From the NCBI GenBank assembly GCA_011109175.1, contig RDEW01000002.1:810676-874675 (forward strand): a stretch of DNA of 64,000 nt, written 5' to 3'. Below the pieces are notes generated by a model. It ran no database searches, was not told the DNA's origin, and worked only from the letters and a program-made list of their open reading frames with translations. The translations under genes were made by a program, and so were the position numbers. The stretch is from Dicyema japonicum (Eukaryota; Animalia; Dicyemida). This document shows, piece after piece, positions 13,081 to 24,998 of this stretch. The stretch's first letter is position 1, and every line of letters starts with the position of its first letter.

Positions 13081-14679
13081 TTATTAAGAATTCGGTCAAA
13101 ATCAAGAAAAATACATAGTTTTTATTTTGTCTGGTAACACTCTTAAAAGAAGAAGACAACCACTTTTAAAATCTAAAGTAACCAGGATTATCCGTGGAGC
13201 TGTAGCTGTTATAGACACAGCAAAACTAAATATTCTAATAATTAATAAACGAAAATAAAGAAATTTGGTGTAATCAATATTCCTGGATATAATTCTATTC
13301 ATGTTCCATGGTGACATAATGTCCTCACTAGTACAGGTATTTTGATTCACTAAAATTAACCTATAAATACACATTCTACGTCCATCTGTCATTTCCTTTG
13401 TTCAGAACTTCCTGTTTCTGCTGTCTCTTGATTCTGCCATCACCACATTTATTATTATTAATAAGCAAACTGCAAAACAACGTTAGTAAAGTTATCTCGC
13501 TTGTGCCACCTTTTCCTGGATGTGTTTTGTTAATCGCTTCTAGTTCCTCTGTTCCTCGATAGGTCCCTCAGGTGCTCGAGATCATCTGCCGACGTCAACT
13601 TTTTCCCAATTGAAGTTAGGTCTTGATGTAGAAGGGTTGGTAGAGTAATTCGTGGTCTTCCCCGGAAAGTCGAGGAACATAATGGTGTTCTATCGCGAGA
13701 TTAGCGGTGTATTCCTATCCATTCTAAAGTACGTTTATAATTTATCTCCTTTGCTGACAAGGATGGAGATTATTTATCTTATGATAAGATGGAGATTATT
13801 TATTTACGCCAAATCAGCTTATCAGAATCTAGTTATCATTGTGATTTGAGTTGAATATATTTTAGAACATTGTCTTTATTTTATGTGGAAAACAATATTT
13901 GGAGACAGACGTATGGTTCACTTATAAGAGAATTTCCGACCCCCATTAAGTATTAGTATTCTCATGCTATCTATTTGACTATTTTAAGAACTCTAGTTTC
14001 GACAACATAGTTTTTTGCTGGAAGCGGACGGACCTATTTCTTCACCTCTATCGGTAGCGAATGCCTGTGATGGACTATTTGAGATGGATCAGACGTTCTC
14101 CCTTGGTTCCTTCATTGGATTAATTAGTTTATGACTGTTTGTGCTGGGATTACCAAATATTATAATCCTTGGGTTAGGACTTTCGTGCAATACATCTATC
14201 GGCAGGCCACTTGTGTGGAAGATAATAGATAAGAGCTGCCTCATTGAGCTCATTTCCTTGCAAATAGTAGAAGGGGATGCTTTAATTAGTTGTTTGTCTC
14301 GTTTTTAAATAAAAAATAAATAATAAATAAAAATTCACATATTAATTTCTACCAATATTGCTATCAGGCTGCTTGATAGAAATATTGGAATATTTATAAT
14401 ATAATTCAAATGGGTTTATTTTTGCCGATGTTGAAACCGTAGGACGAATGCCTGATGCTCAGAGGTTTCCATGACGTGAGGAACATTGAAATTGGATTAT
14501 ATTGTGGCGATATGCATGTTTGAACTGTGATCTAGGAATAGTGAATACTTTTGGTTAAAAATAAAATTAATTGGTTCCCATGGTTGTGTTTTCTTGTCGA
14601 ATAGTCTGAGAAAAATACATTGAAGAAACTATATCAGAACAAAGTTATCATCCCTAATAACCTACCCAGTACTTTCACT

Positions 14680-14920
14680 CTGCCTCTGCGCGTCCCTTAA
14701 GACAGATGAATCACACGACGTCACTATTGGTCTTTCCGTTCGTCTCAGCGTAGACTTGTGCTATCCTCATCGGTGTCGGACCGCAAAGGCTTCACCCGCT
14801 TCTTTTGACGACGAAGGAGTGGCTGATTCCCAAGGCATGTCGCCATTGACGGGGTATGATGCGTTCTATCGAGAAGTCTGGATTCCCGTCAATTCATGAA
14901 CCGGCAGATGTGAATGATCA
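14680..14920 (+). mobile_element. CRE-like RLE fragment
   Basis: Degenerate match to the C-terminal part of the 10.1-13.1 kb element (IGLSVRLSVDLCYPHRC...RHVAID...GFPSIHEP). Confidence 0.6.
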
Positions 14921-15271
14921 TTTTGATTGTTTTGTTTTGAATAAATAAAAAATTCTCCCAAAAAATTATCAAGAAAATAATGATTCAACAAAATATTCAT
15001 TTATAAATGCAGCATCTATCCAAGGCATTATAGTGTTCTTGACTTCTCGATCTTTTTTTTGCTTGTTTGTGAGTCCCAGAAAACAATGAAACGCTGATGA
15101 CGGAATCACTCGTCAACCAAAAAGCATCGTAGATACGTAGAACCCTCAACCGAATGGACAGCAGCGAGATTCGGTCCAGAATTTATTACACTGAGCCATC
15201 CGGCTTACAATAAATAAAAATGTCTAGGATCGATTAAAAATAATAAATAAAATTAAAATAAATGTTAACGT

Positions 15272-15332
15272 GGCGTCATGTGGTTCACTTTTTATGGTGG
15301 CCCTCAGTGTCGAATAACACCAAAAAGAACCA
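15272..15332 (+). ncRNA. HDV-like double-pseudoknot ribozyme candidate (copy E)
   Basis: P1 GGCGTCA/TGGCCCT (G.U at first position, one mismatch), P2 TGGTTC/GAACCA, P4 GTGT/ACAC, J4/2 CAAAAA. Confidence 0.6.
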
Positions 15333-16303
15333 TTTTCTCTTCCCCATCCAGACTCCTCGTATGCCTGGATGGTATACCTCAACTGGAAACTCGAGATGTT
15401 GTTTGTTTTCCTGGATTCTATACTTTCTGGAGATGTTGAACAAAGCCCTGGACCAAAACCCCTTGTTATTATGCAACTCAATGCTAACGGAATAAAAACA
15501 AAGATTCTGGAGTTACGATGTCTATCATCGAAGCACAAGATTGACATTTGCTCTTTATCCAGGAGTCAAAACTTTCTACAAAGAGTACAACCCCACTTTT
15601 TCCTGGATACATCTCTATCAGAAAAGACCGTATTGGACGTGGTGACGGCTTACTTACCTTTGTTAAAAACGGTTCATCCTTCCACGATGTGAGCTCGTAA
15701 GTGGAATGATTTAATTCTCACACGACAGGACCGCGAACAAATTTCTATTGATCTCATTAATGGGTCAGAATATCTTATTCTAATCAGCATTTTACATTCC
15801 ACCGCCGAAATCCTGTCCTAATAACTATGTTCCGAAGCACGACAAACTGCAAGAAATTCGAAATGTGGGGATTTCAACGCCAAACATCTGCAATGGTTCA
15901 ATACCCAGTCGGTAGACAAGAGGGGGAGTCTAATTATCGACTGTGATTCTAAATTACCCGAACATCTTCACAAGGACACCAGTCCGAAGAAATGACAACC
16001 CAACCTCTCCCGATATATCCTTTGCTTCCTCTTTCTTTCAATTTCTAATTTGCACAAGATAATACCTCTCTTAAAACCAGGAAAACCGAAAACCTTACCT
16101 TCTTCCTACCGTCCAATTTCATTGACGTGCGCATTATCGCGCCTTAACGGAGAAACTCGTTGGCGATCGTCGTCGATATAGGAAAGCCGTGGGTACTCTG
16201 GAGGAACACAAGAAAAAACCTCTCGATCCTTTTTGAGATGTACCTGGATCACTTAATTAGTTGGTTTACTCTTTTCTTGGTGTTACCTTTTCGGGGTTAT
16301 AAA
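15272..16303 (+). mobile_element. Ingi/Vingi-like APE LINE, internally deleted, with 5' HDV-like RNA and 2A-like motif
   Basis: 5' pseudoknot at 15272-15332; LSGDVEQSPGP at 15423-15455; APE motifs QLNANG, IQESKL, GDFNA, SPDISF; RT start IIPLLKPGKP...SYRPISLT; 3' end CGGGGTTATAAA. Confidence 0.8.
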
Positions 16304-16649
16304 TGTGACCGGTTCAGAATGAGATACGGTTGAATACGAGCCGTTAAATATCGATTTTAAATGTACCGATTTAAACAGCCAATCAAACAAAATGGCAATC
16401 GTCACAGATAACATGATTTATTCGCAAAACCCCAACTAACTAAACAAGGTAAGAGCCATTAACTAAAGAGGAAAGCCAAGATTTGGGGTCGTCTATATCG
16501 GGGCACTCTCATGAGACACCGTATGTCTCTTCTCCGTAAAAAGCCCCAATTACAATGCGAGTTTCCACAAGCAATGTAATAAATCACCGATTCTTCTCGT
16601 TTTTCTTTCGTATTCGTCATCAATTTCAGATGCTAAATCCAATCCATGT

Positions 16650-17600
16650 GCTTCAATTTAGTTTCGTTTATAATTAGAACTTCCATCTGGATCGTGCTGG
16701 CTATAGCAACCAGCACTGAGGCCCGTTTCCGAAGAGAACGGGCATTAATCAGGGTTATCCTGACTACTTCTGGTTTTTTCGGTGGCTGCCCTCTCTTCTT
16801 AAGAGCACCACTCTCTTCTCTGTGTTGAAGCTTCTACTGTTTCTTTTTTAGAAGGTTTCTTATTATATGTCGTATTCCAGCCAGTCTGCCCATACATTCT
16901 AAACTCTGACTTTAATTTCTTATTCGTTCCAGTTTTGGAAACTTCACTTTCTCCATTATGGGCATTTTCTCGTTTTAGAAATAATTTTCCATTCGATTCT
17001 TTCCTTTTTTGGTCAATTTTGTTTTTCTTCGCAATGTTAGCTTCAACAGCCTTGGGCATCTTCCATAATTTAGTTTCGTTTATAATTAGAACTTCCATCT
17101 GGATCGTGCTGGCTATAGCAACCAGCACTGAGGCCCGTTTCCAAAGAGAACGGGCATTAATCAGGGTTATCCTGACTACTTCTGGTTTTTTTTTCGGTGG
17201 CTGCTCTCTCTTCTCTGTATTGAAGCTTCTATATATGTCCTATTCCAGCCAGTTTTAATTTCTTATTCGTTTTAATTTTGGAAACTTCACTTTCTCCATT
17301 ATGGGCATTTTCTCGTTTTAGAGATAATTTTCCATTCGATTCTTTCCTTTTTGGTCAATTTTGTTTTTTTCGCAATGTTAGCTTCAACAGCCTTGGGACA
17401 TCTTCCATAATTGGCAAAGTCGATGGATGAACCACAATTCAAAGGACTTATTATTGTTTTAACGGACACTGCGATCTTCTATGTGAATCAGAACAAACAA
17501 GCATCTTTCAACACATCTCCATTAATCTGAAGTATGTTTCTCAAACTCGTAGTATATTTCTTCGTCTTGTAGCACCAGTGGCACCACTTTTCATTAGTGG
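16650..17600 (-). mobile_element. LINE ORF1/ORF2 junction fragment, tandemly reiterated
   Basis: APE start VVRITLINARSL...IINETKL occurs twice (16656-16830 and 17068-17228). The ORF1 tail KAVEANIAKKNK occurs twice (16912-17070 and 17255-17411), preceded by a zinc-knuckle remnant. Confidence 0.75.
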
Positions 17601-17801
17601 CACCACAATCCATCAAAACCGTCCGTATTAATGATTGAACCTTAAATTTTTATAAAAATGAAGTTATATATCTGAACAAAGTTTGCTTTAAACTAGTCAA
17701 ATTATCCACAACATTAAAAAATATAATTTACATCATTTTAATTATTGATAATATAAATTTCATTGAATTAAAATTTCTACTAAACAGAAAAACGTCACTA
17801 A

Positions 17802-18089
17802 ATGATTTTTCCTGATGATTTTCGGGACGCATTAAATAACATGCTATCTTCTTCTCAAAGAAACTTTGTGAAGGTCCTCCTTGGACATTACAGAAGATCT
17901 TACAACTCGGCATTGGATCATCTCTACAACCAGTATATCGAGCCGACTATCAGCTTGTCAATGCGGCCTTCAAAGGGAAATGAGTTCGACACCCCTGACT
18001 TAATGGATACTTTTTCTCTTAGTTACATTGGTGATTTTGCAACTTCAATTCAAATTGTGTGTTTCAGCTGTGTCTCGTCAAATTGTTAG
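17802..18089 (+). CDS. Hypothetical 95-aa protein
   Basis: ATG-initiated uninterrupted ORF directly after an AT-rich block like those preceding host genes; no family recognised. Confidence 0.35.
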   Translation: MIFPDDFRDALNNMLSSSQRNFVKVLLGHYRRSYNSALDHLYNQYIEPTISLSMRPSKGNEFDTPDLMDTFSLSYIGDFATSIQIVCFSCVSSNC

Positions 18090-19416
18090 TTTTCTTGCGT
18101 TCTGTTCGTTGTATAACTCTAATATATATCCCTAAGTTTTCCTATCTCTGATGCAAAGCTGAAAGCTTAAGAACTCCTAAGTCTAATGATATTATAAATG
18201 ATCAAAAATAATAATAACTGTTTTTATTAGAAAAAATTGAGAAATTTATATTGTAAAATTATTCTAGCTTTGCTAAGTCTCTGCTATTTTCTTGAATCAC
18301 ACTTCCATCTTCTCCTTCTAAATCAATCATTCCTGTATCAGATATTCCTTTAACATGATATATGAATGTATCAATGTGTTCGTTTAAGCCACTTTTTCGT
18401 GTTTTTTATTATTATCAAGATAGACCCTTCTAACAACGCGATCACCGATGTTAAAGATAGAAATATCATTCTTCCACCTTCTTTTAGTTAACATTTTTCT
18501 TTCAGCAATGTTTGAATTTAAAATTGCTTTTTGTTCTCAAAGTTTCATTTGATGACCAAAACCATGCAAGATATTCAGTTGCTTCAGTTTGTGTTTCTTC
18601 ATTCCATAAATCAATTTGGTTGAATATTTCATTCATTTCCTCTTTGAAATTCAAATTCTTTGAAAAGCAGGTTGAAGAAATCATAAATTTCAATGTCTGA
18701 TTCAGACGCTCGACTTGTCCCTGCATCCAAGGACACCTGGACGTCCCCTGACATGTTTTATACCAAATGTTGAGCATAACTCGAACATTTTTTCATTTAC
18801 AAACTCCTTGCCATTGTCCGTGTGCAAAATAGTTGGTTTTCCAAACATTAAAATTATGCTCTTTATTGCACTTGACACCTCCGTAGCCGATTTACTCTTT
18901 ATTTAATCTTAATAATGACGCAGTTCTTATAAAATTTCGTTTCTCCTTCAGCAAATTGGATGGTAAAATTTGGTATCTCAGATAGGTTATTATTTCTTGC
19001 TTTTGTAGCAGAGTAAAGTAGACAACCTTCATAACAAAAAACAAAAACAAGCGTGAGCAAAAATCTATTACTATTCTATCTGAGGTTAGCCGTTAAAAAA
19101 TGAAAATTTGTGAGAAATTTAAATTATTAAAATTACTAATCATTATAAAGATAGGAATTAATTAATTCATTGATTTAATTTTTCATTAAAAAAAATTATT
19201 GATTTCTAACGGCTTTAACGCCACGTATAACGCTTTTAACGGCTCGTATTCAACCTGGGCTCGTATTCAACGGTCACATAAAATAAATGCAATATATGAA
19301 GAAAAATTACTGACTTCTTTGAGCATAAAAATCAATATTATATTTATTAAATTATAAATTTTTAAATATATAAAAATTAATTCAAATATTTTAAAACAAA
19401 ATCTACATATTTGCTG

Positions 19417-19811
19417 ATGTGTGCTGAAAACTCTCAAACACCAAGTGAACTAAATGACCCGCCAGAAAGTGATTCCAGCCAAAATAATAACGGAATCACT
19501 TTAAATGGTTTTGAAGAATCGTTTAATGTAAATTTTTATTAAAGATACTTTATTAGAATGGTTTTCATTTAGGTAGACTATCAGTTGGGGATTCACCATG
19601 GAAAGCTGGATTCCAGTTAGGGTTTTCTAAAGGTCTGAAAACCAATTTTGAGAAAATCATGAATTCAATTCCAACTGACAAAATCTCCGAAACCATGAGC
19701 TTTGAAGAATTTGAGGAATTGGCTTTGCGTTTTGTTGATATGGAACCTCCTCCAATTACGCCAGAACATTCAATTAACAACGACGTTGGCAAACAAGGAT
19801 TGCCTAATTAA
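19417..19811 (+). CDS. Yae1/Lto1-like (Yae1_N, GX3-repeat) protein, 121 aa
   Basis: One 29-nt GT-AG intron (19528-19556) joins two exons in frame. NGFHLGRLSVGDSPWKAGFQLGFSKGLK matches the G-x3 pattern of Yae1/Lto1. Missed by the ORF track. Confidence 0.6.
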
Positions 19812-19959
19812 ATTATATTTTGTGCTTTATATTAAAATACATATTATTATTTTGGTTCTTGTTAAATGATGACCGCCACTTTCCAGCGTCATAATCAATA
19901 TATTGTTTTTTAGTTAAAAATCAAAAAAAATTATTACGAAACAGCACAATCAGAATAAT

Positions 19960-20780
19960 CCAGTTGATACAATGGAATGGCTGTTACCCCTGACAACTGA
20001 CAGGAGAAAATATTTGGAAGAGCTACTCGGTTTCCCGAGGCTCATTACTCATTTTCGATATCATTGACCAAAGATAGTTACCCCATTTGACACTTTCTAT
20101 CTCTACGATCCATTCCCACCGGTTCCAGAGATGATGGTAATCCAGCCGCCTCAAGGGTGCGCTTCACAACCCCGTTGATGGCGGCATGTCTCAGGAATCG
20201 GCCACTGCTGAGATGGCAAGAGAGTGGGTGAAGTCCTTTGAAGCCCACAACGGCATGGATGAGGCTAGCACAAGTCGACATCGAGACGGATAGATATCCT
20301 ATTTAGGATGGTGCTGTTCCTGAGGGAATCAATTGACGATGGTGGGAACGCGTTCAGTCAAGTACCGCTGTGGAGAAGAGGCTGACAAAATGCAAGTCGT
20401 TTGTTTCCAAAAGGTTGATTTAGTAGCCTTGTATGTAATGTTGGCTCAGTTCCTCAATTTGTGTGTATCATAGGGGACTAATTCTTCAACCCAGCAGCAA
20501 TTTTGTCATCCAGAGCAGATTTGCAGAAATCTGGGATAGTACTCCTAGCGTGTCGCATGATAATGAGAGAAGGTAGGATGGCAAGGTAAAATGTTGATAA
20601 CCGAGGTTAAGCCGATGTCCCAAATCTGACGGGTAAGAAGCTTATAACAGTCCAATATCATCGAACTTGATATTTGTTATTTCTTCAATAGACTTGTTGA
20701 AATTCTCCAGGCTTTCCGGAAAGAGGTACAAAAACATTAATCTCGGATGGAATAGATAATTTTTGAGGATAAATTATTTT
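19960..20780 (-). mobile_element. CRE-like retrotransposon remnant
   Basis: HPLSCHLSSGRFLRHAAINGVVKRTLEAAGLPSSLEPVG, paralogous to the RLE region of the 10-13 kb element. Confidence 0.8.
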
Positions 20781-20793
20781 CCTCCCCTCCGAT

Positions 20794-20980
20794 GGCGTCA
20801 TTGGATCCACCTTATTGAGGAGACGCCAATGCCTAGTCGGTATCAAGAGGATTCAATTATTCTCTCCCCGGGGGACAATGTCGTTACCTGGAGACAAGTT
20901 CTGGAACCCTGGAACGAGTCAGGATCAAGGATTTAGTTAGTTTGGTTGCCCTTGGTCTTTGGAATAATTTTAATTTAATC
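20794..20980 (+). mobile_element. Short non-autonomous element: HDV-like RNA (20794-20854, copy C) plus LINE-like 3' tail
   Basis: P1 GGCGTC/GACGCC, P2 GGATCC/GGATTC, P4 ATGCC/GGTAT, J4/2 CAAGA; tail TGGTCTTTGGAATAA resembles LINE ends at about 35540 and 35890. Confidence 0.6.
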
Positions 20981-21772
20981 GGATTTTTCTATATGGCTTG
21001 TGTAGACACTTAAAGGTGTCGCAGCTTGCATTCTCTCAACAAAATAATTCATAATGGTCATGTAATTGCCATTTGGTTTCTCAGTGTGCTAGACTGACAT
21101 TAAGACATTCATTTTTGCTAATTAAAATCGTTATTATTGGCGCTTAATATAGAGGTGTCGCCCCTTGATCACTAAGCAGCCATTTAATCAATAGTCATGC
21201 ATTTAAATCACATAGACAATTTATTAGCAGAAATCTATATTCGAGTTCCTTGTTATGCTAAACTGTGTATAAGACAATTTACTGCTTTACAGGGATAATC
21301 GATATCATTTATTTTGATGGCAAACTTCAGATATATTCGAAATAAGTCACATTCAGTTCCCTCAGTCGTTGTGGGGCGTATTTTTTCCAAGTACCAGCCA
21401 TTATGGAAACTCTTGCGTTAGTGGAATTTTTTGTATTCCGGCAAGGACTGGGCGTCTCTTGATTAGGTGGATCAAATGACACTCTAAAAATGATAAATCC
21501 AATTATACTAATAATGCACACAAATGTCAGATGTCAGACAGCTTAATAAATCACATCAATTCTACTAATCAACAAAAAGTCTATCTTTTAACCATCAAAG
21601 CTATTAAGTCTATTATTAAAGTGCATCATAAACATAAACGGAAATAACCATCGTTACTAATGGCAACGAATGATGACGTCACAGAGATACTTCCTTACAC
21701 CAGAATTGCTATTTTAAAACATTCCTTAACAAAGCAAACTATAAGACAAAAAAATAAAAATTTATTTAAAAA

Positions 21773-22237
21773 TTAAATTCTAAACATCGATCCAAGCCAT
21801 CTCATATAATTTGAAAACATAGAATCACGATTTTCTATACAAAGTCCTGCACTCTTCAGAAAACTGAGCCATCCACCTTTTGATTCAACAACATTGACAT
21901 ATTCTTCCTTGCATTCAAAATGGGATACAAACACACTCACAATATCATCTACTTCGTTGGGATGAGTGATAGCCAATGAACGACAGAAAACCATAAGCAT
22001 AAGCAGACGTCCGTTAGCCGAGTTTGACGTCTCAGATTCAACATTTTCAAGTAGCATTTCCAGTTTTTGATGAAAGGGAATGTTCAAAGAGTCCACACCA
22101 CGGTTTACCAGGGAAAGATAAGGTGAACGTTCCCTTACCATTTCTTCAATCTTTATTATGAGTGGTTGGAGTTGGTTGGCGTCTGAAGTTGAACAAGAAA
22201 TAGCATGAAATACTTCGAAAGTGGTTAATTGCGACAT
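21773..22237 (-). CDS. Divergent intronless Bcl-2 family protein, 154 aa
   Basis: BH1-like NSANGRLLMLMVFCRSL and BH2-like VESKGGWLSF; ATG at 22237 follows an AT-rich block; paralog at 62955-63417. Confidence 0.8.
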   Translation of the reverse strand: MSQLTTFEVFHAISCSTSDANQLQPLIIKIEEMVRERSPYLSLVNRGVDSLNIPFHQKLEMLLENVESETSNSANGRLLMLMVFCRSLAITHPNEVDDIVSVFVSHFECKEEYVNVVESKGGWLSFLKSAGLCIENRDSMFSNYMRWLGSMFRI

Positions 22238-22351
22238 TATAGAGTACAACAAGCGAATATAATATATTTTGATCAATAGTTTATTAATTTTAATAATTAA
22301 ATAAATAATAATAAATTTAATATAAATATATAAATAATTATTAGTATTCTA

Positions 22352-23420
22352 ATGCGAATGCACGACACCCTGATAGCTGGGTCAAGTGTGTCTGCTAGGA
22401 AGCACGCCATAATAACGACCGAGAAAACACGGGCAACTTACCTAGGCACTATCAGACCTTTTTTGTCTGCTAAGTATGGTGTTGATGATGGTGGGCTAGT
22501 AAATGTGAAGGCGTTGATCGAATTACAATATAATAATTTGATGGAAAAGATCAACTTAAAAAGCCTTCATAAGGTCCTCTTCAGAGCATTGGACAACCCA
22601 CATGTCGACTTTAAGTCGTCGACAATATGGCTAAAATACGGTGACAACTCACCTCGATCGGAGGCGCTGTACACGTATATGCAAACCGCAATATTTTTTG
22701 GTGTTGATCAACAAATTCATGTCCCCACTGTAAGTCAAGGAGCATGTCGGTTGATCATTTAGCACTCGATGTGGATCCATGCTCTGCCACGACTATGTGT
22801 GGAGCATAACGAGGAAGTAACGAGTCTTCATCTTCTACTATGCAATAAGTATGGTATTCGCCACACCAGAAAGTTGCGGACTCATAAAGTGCAATCTGTA
22901 GTAGAGAACACCAGGGTCCAAATTAGGTAGACAGTGTTATCCGTACCTCGGTGATAGTCAAGCACAATAAACCGGACATTGTGGTACTCGATAAGAAGTC
23001 TGGCCAAGTCCTTATCATAGAGGTTGGCATCACGTCTCAAGACCGTTTGTAGATTGTGAGGTAGAAAAAAAGGAAGTATGACTTTCTTGCAAACGAGATG
23101 GGGCAGATGCTTGGTTGCAGGGTCCTCGTTATTCCTATAGTAATGACGTGGGAAGGAATTGCAACAAAGTACCACAAGGGTTATCTGAAGAAGTTGGGGG
23201 TAGATAGGAAGCTCCAGGCCTATCTACAGTCCACTGTGTTAAAGCGGACCCTAAAGAGCCTGACACTGGAGTATAGGAGGCAGAGCCCTGAGATGCCATA
23301 TGGGCAGAGGGTTCAATTGACAAGGCGCTCTCGGAGTTGTTTCAGCAACCAAAATAGAACCTGCCTGAGGAGCTGGCGAACAGGCAGGCGAGGAAGGTTG
23401 TTGATTATTAAATATATTAA
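22352..23420 (+). mobile_element. R4/NeSL-like RLE non-LTR retrotransposon, 3' part
   Basis: Frameshifted CxxC...H...C knuckle, HDYVWxHNE, HNKPDIVV, IIEVG, KYDFLANE and IPIVMTWEG. Confidence 0.8.
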
Positions 23421-23580
23421 CTTTTTTATTGTTTGTTAAATAAAGTGGGTTTTTTATTAATATATAAATAATTATTAAATTATAATCATTTGTCGCCAAT
23501 AAAGTCCTCACTAAAGGCCTGCAGATGAGAACTTTTATTTCTTTCTCATTTGCAGACCCCAAAACAAAAGAAAAATTATT

Positions 23581-24440
23581 ATGACAACCAGTGACCTGTC
23601 TCGAATGATATCATCCATCTCTTCCAGTCACAATGAAGGAGTTGTCTGAAACAGATGTATGATTTTGGTTCTACGAGAAGCATCCGAATACTCGATGATA
23701 ATAAAATACTACATCGGCCCCCTCTTCCAATAGGCCAATAAGAATCCTCTCTTCCGAGGGTAAACCTGGCTCGTCTACGATGTGGGCACTATCCCTCTCT
23801 AACGACGTACGATGTTCTTTGTCCTGTTTGAAACCTCTACGAGTTGACAACAAATCACTTATTTGAATGTCATAATTATCACAACGTTCGTCTACAATGC
23901 CAGGACTGACTTATCTATGGGATCGACTGGCATCTGATGCGTCCTATTTAATAGCTGCTTGCCTCGAATACTTTAGTGAGACTGAGGTTACTTAACTAAC
24001 TAACTAGAGGCCTGCAGAAGCTGAACGTTGTACGTGCGCTTGTCCTGAGGACTCCTTTGAATATGGATGCTTCTGTTGCAACACTACCTGTAAACTATCG
24101 CGCCGGTTGTGTAGTATGCCTCTGTTGCCTAGATATTCGCGTTATCGGAGACTACGCTCCACATAATAAACTCGATATACCGGAAAACCATACATATGAT
24201 GGGCCCTCAGATTGGATCAACTCTCAATCCCTACTAACGGAAGAAACGACCCGTAATCGCTTATCCCGATTCCTTCCGGTCTTTGAGGCAAAATAAATTC
24301 GATTCGTTAAGAAGTTTCCTTCTCCAATTGGATTCCTCTTCAGGGATGAGAGAAGGCTTTTTCTTAGGATAGTGGGAACAATGAAAGACCACAGACGTTG
24401 GATGGCTCGATTGATGCGGGAACTGGAATTTCCTTAATGT
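23581..24440 (+). pseudogene. Unidentified spliced gene remnant
   Basis: Coding-like composition with short GT-AG candidates (e.g. GTTACTTAACTAACTAACTAG near 23987-24007), in-frame stops and a downstream AATAAA. Confidence 0.35.
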
Positions 24441-24998
24441 CTGACGTTTTTTATGTCTTTCTTTCTCGATGATCCTGGGGTTGTAAATAAATATTCACAA
24501 TAATTTATTATTTTTGTAATCCGAAGGCATTCTTGATTATCGAACAGAACTGTATACGAGAGGAAGAAGTGTTCGCCAATCTCAAATGAAATCACGGAAC
24601 TGAATGGATGTTATTTTTTCACGTTCTGATAATGTACCTGAAAACTCTGCAAAATCGATGTCATACACTTTCTACATGATTAATACAACACACGTAAAAC
24701 CACATTAGCCATATAATTAGAGGTAAGATGTTCGCAACGATCAGGTTAACTATGCGGTTCCACCTTCCATGATCGTGTACAACCACTCTCAAGTCATCCA
24801 GATGGTTTGGAAATCTCAGTGAAAAATAGATGATCAACCTGGCTAGCTTTTTGCATTACGGCTAATAAAGTTATGATTAATAATTACAATTGATTAATTT
24901 TGATTAATAAAACATATATAAAACGTATTAAAAGCAATTAATTGTTATTTTTCATAACACGTTCTTGTGTGTCAACTTTATGCAGACTTTGAAAATCA

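Larger units (their letters stand above)
16304..19278 (-). mobile_element. Ginger-type DNA transposon (integrase-like DDE), decayed, with internal inserts
   Basis: TGT...ACA termini with imperfect TIRs (TGTGACCG...GGTTGAATACGAGCCGTTAAA); 4-bp TSD TAAA (16300-16303, 19279-19282); minus-strand rve motifs FGKPTILHTDNGKEF and PWMQGQVERLNQTLK at about 18250-18960. Confidence 0.85.

Noticed and set aside
10069-13102. Short imperfect inverted repeat (ATTTTGAC...GAA) around the CRE element
   Set aside because: Too short and AT-rich to exceed chance, and non-LTR elements do not need TIRs.
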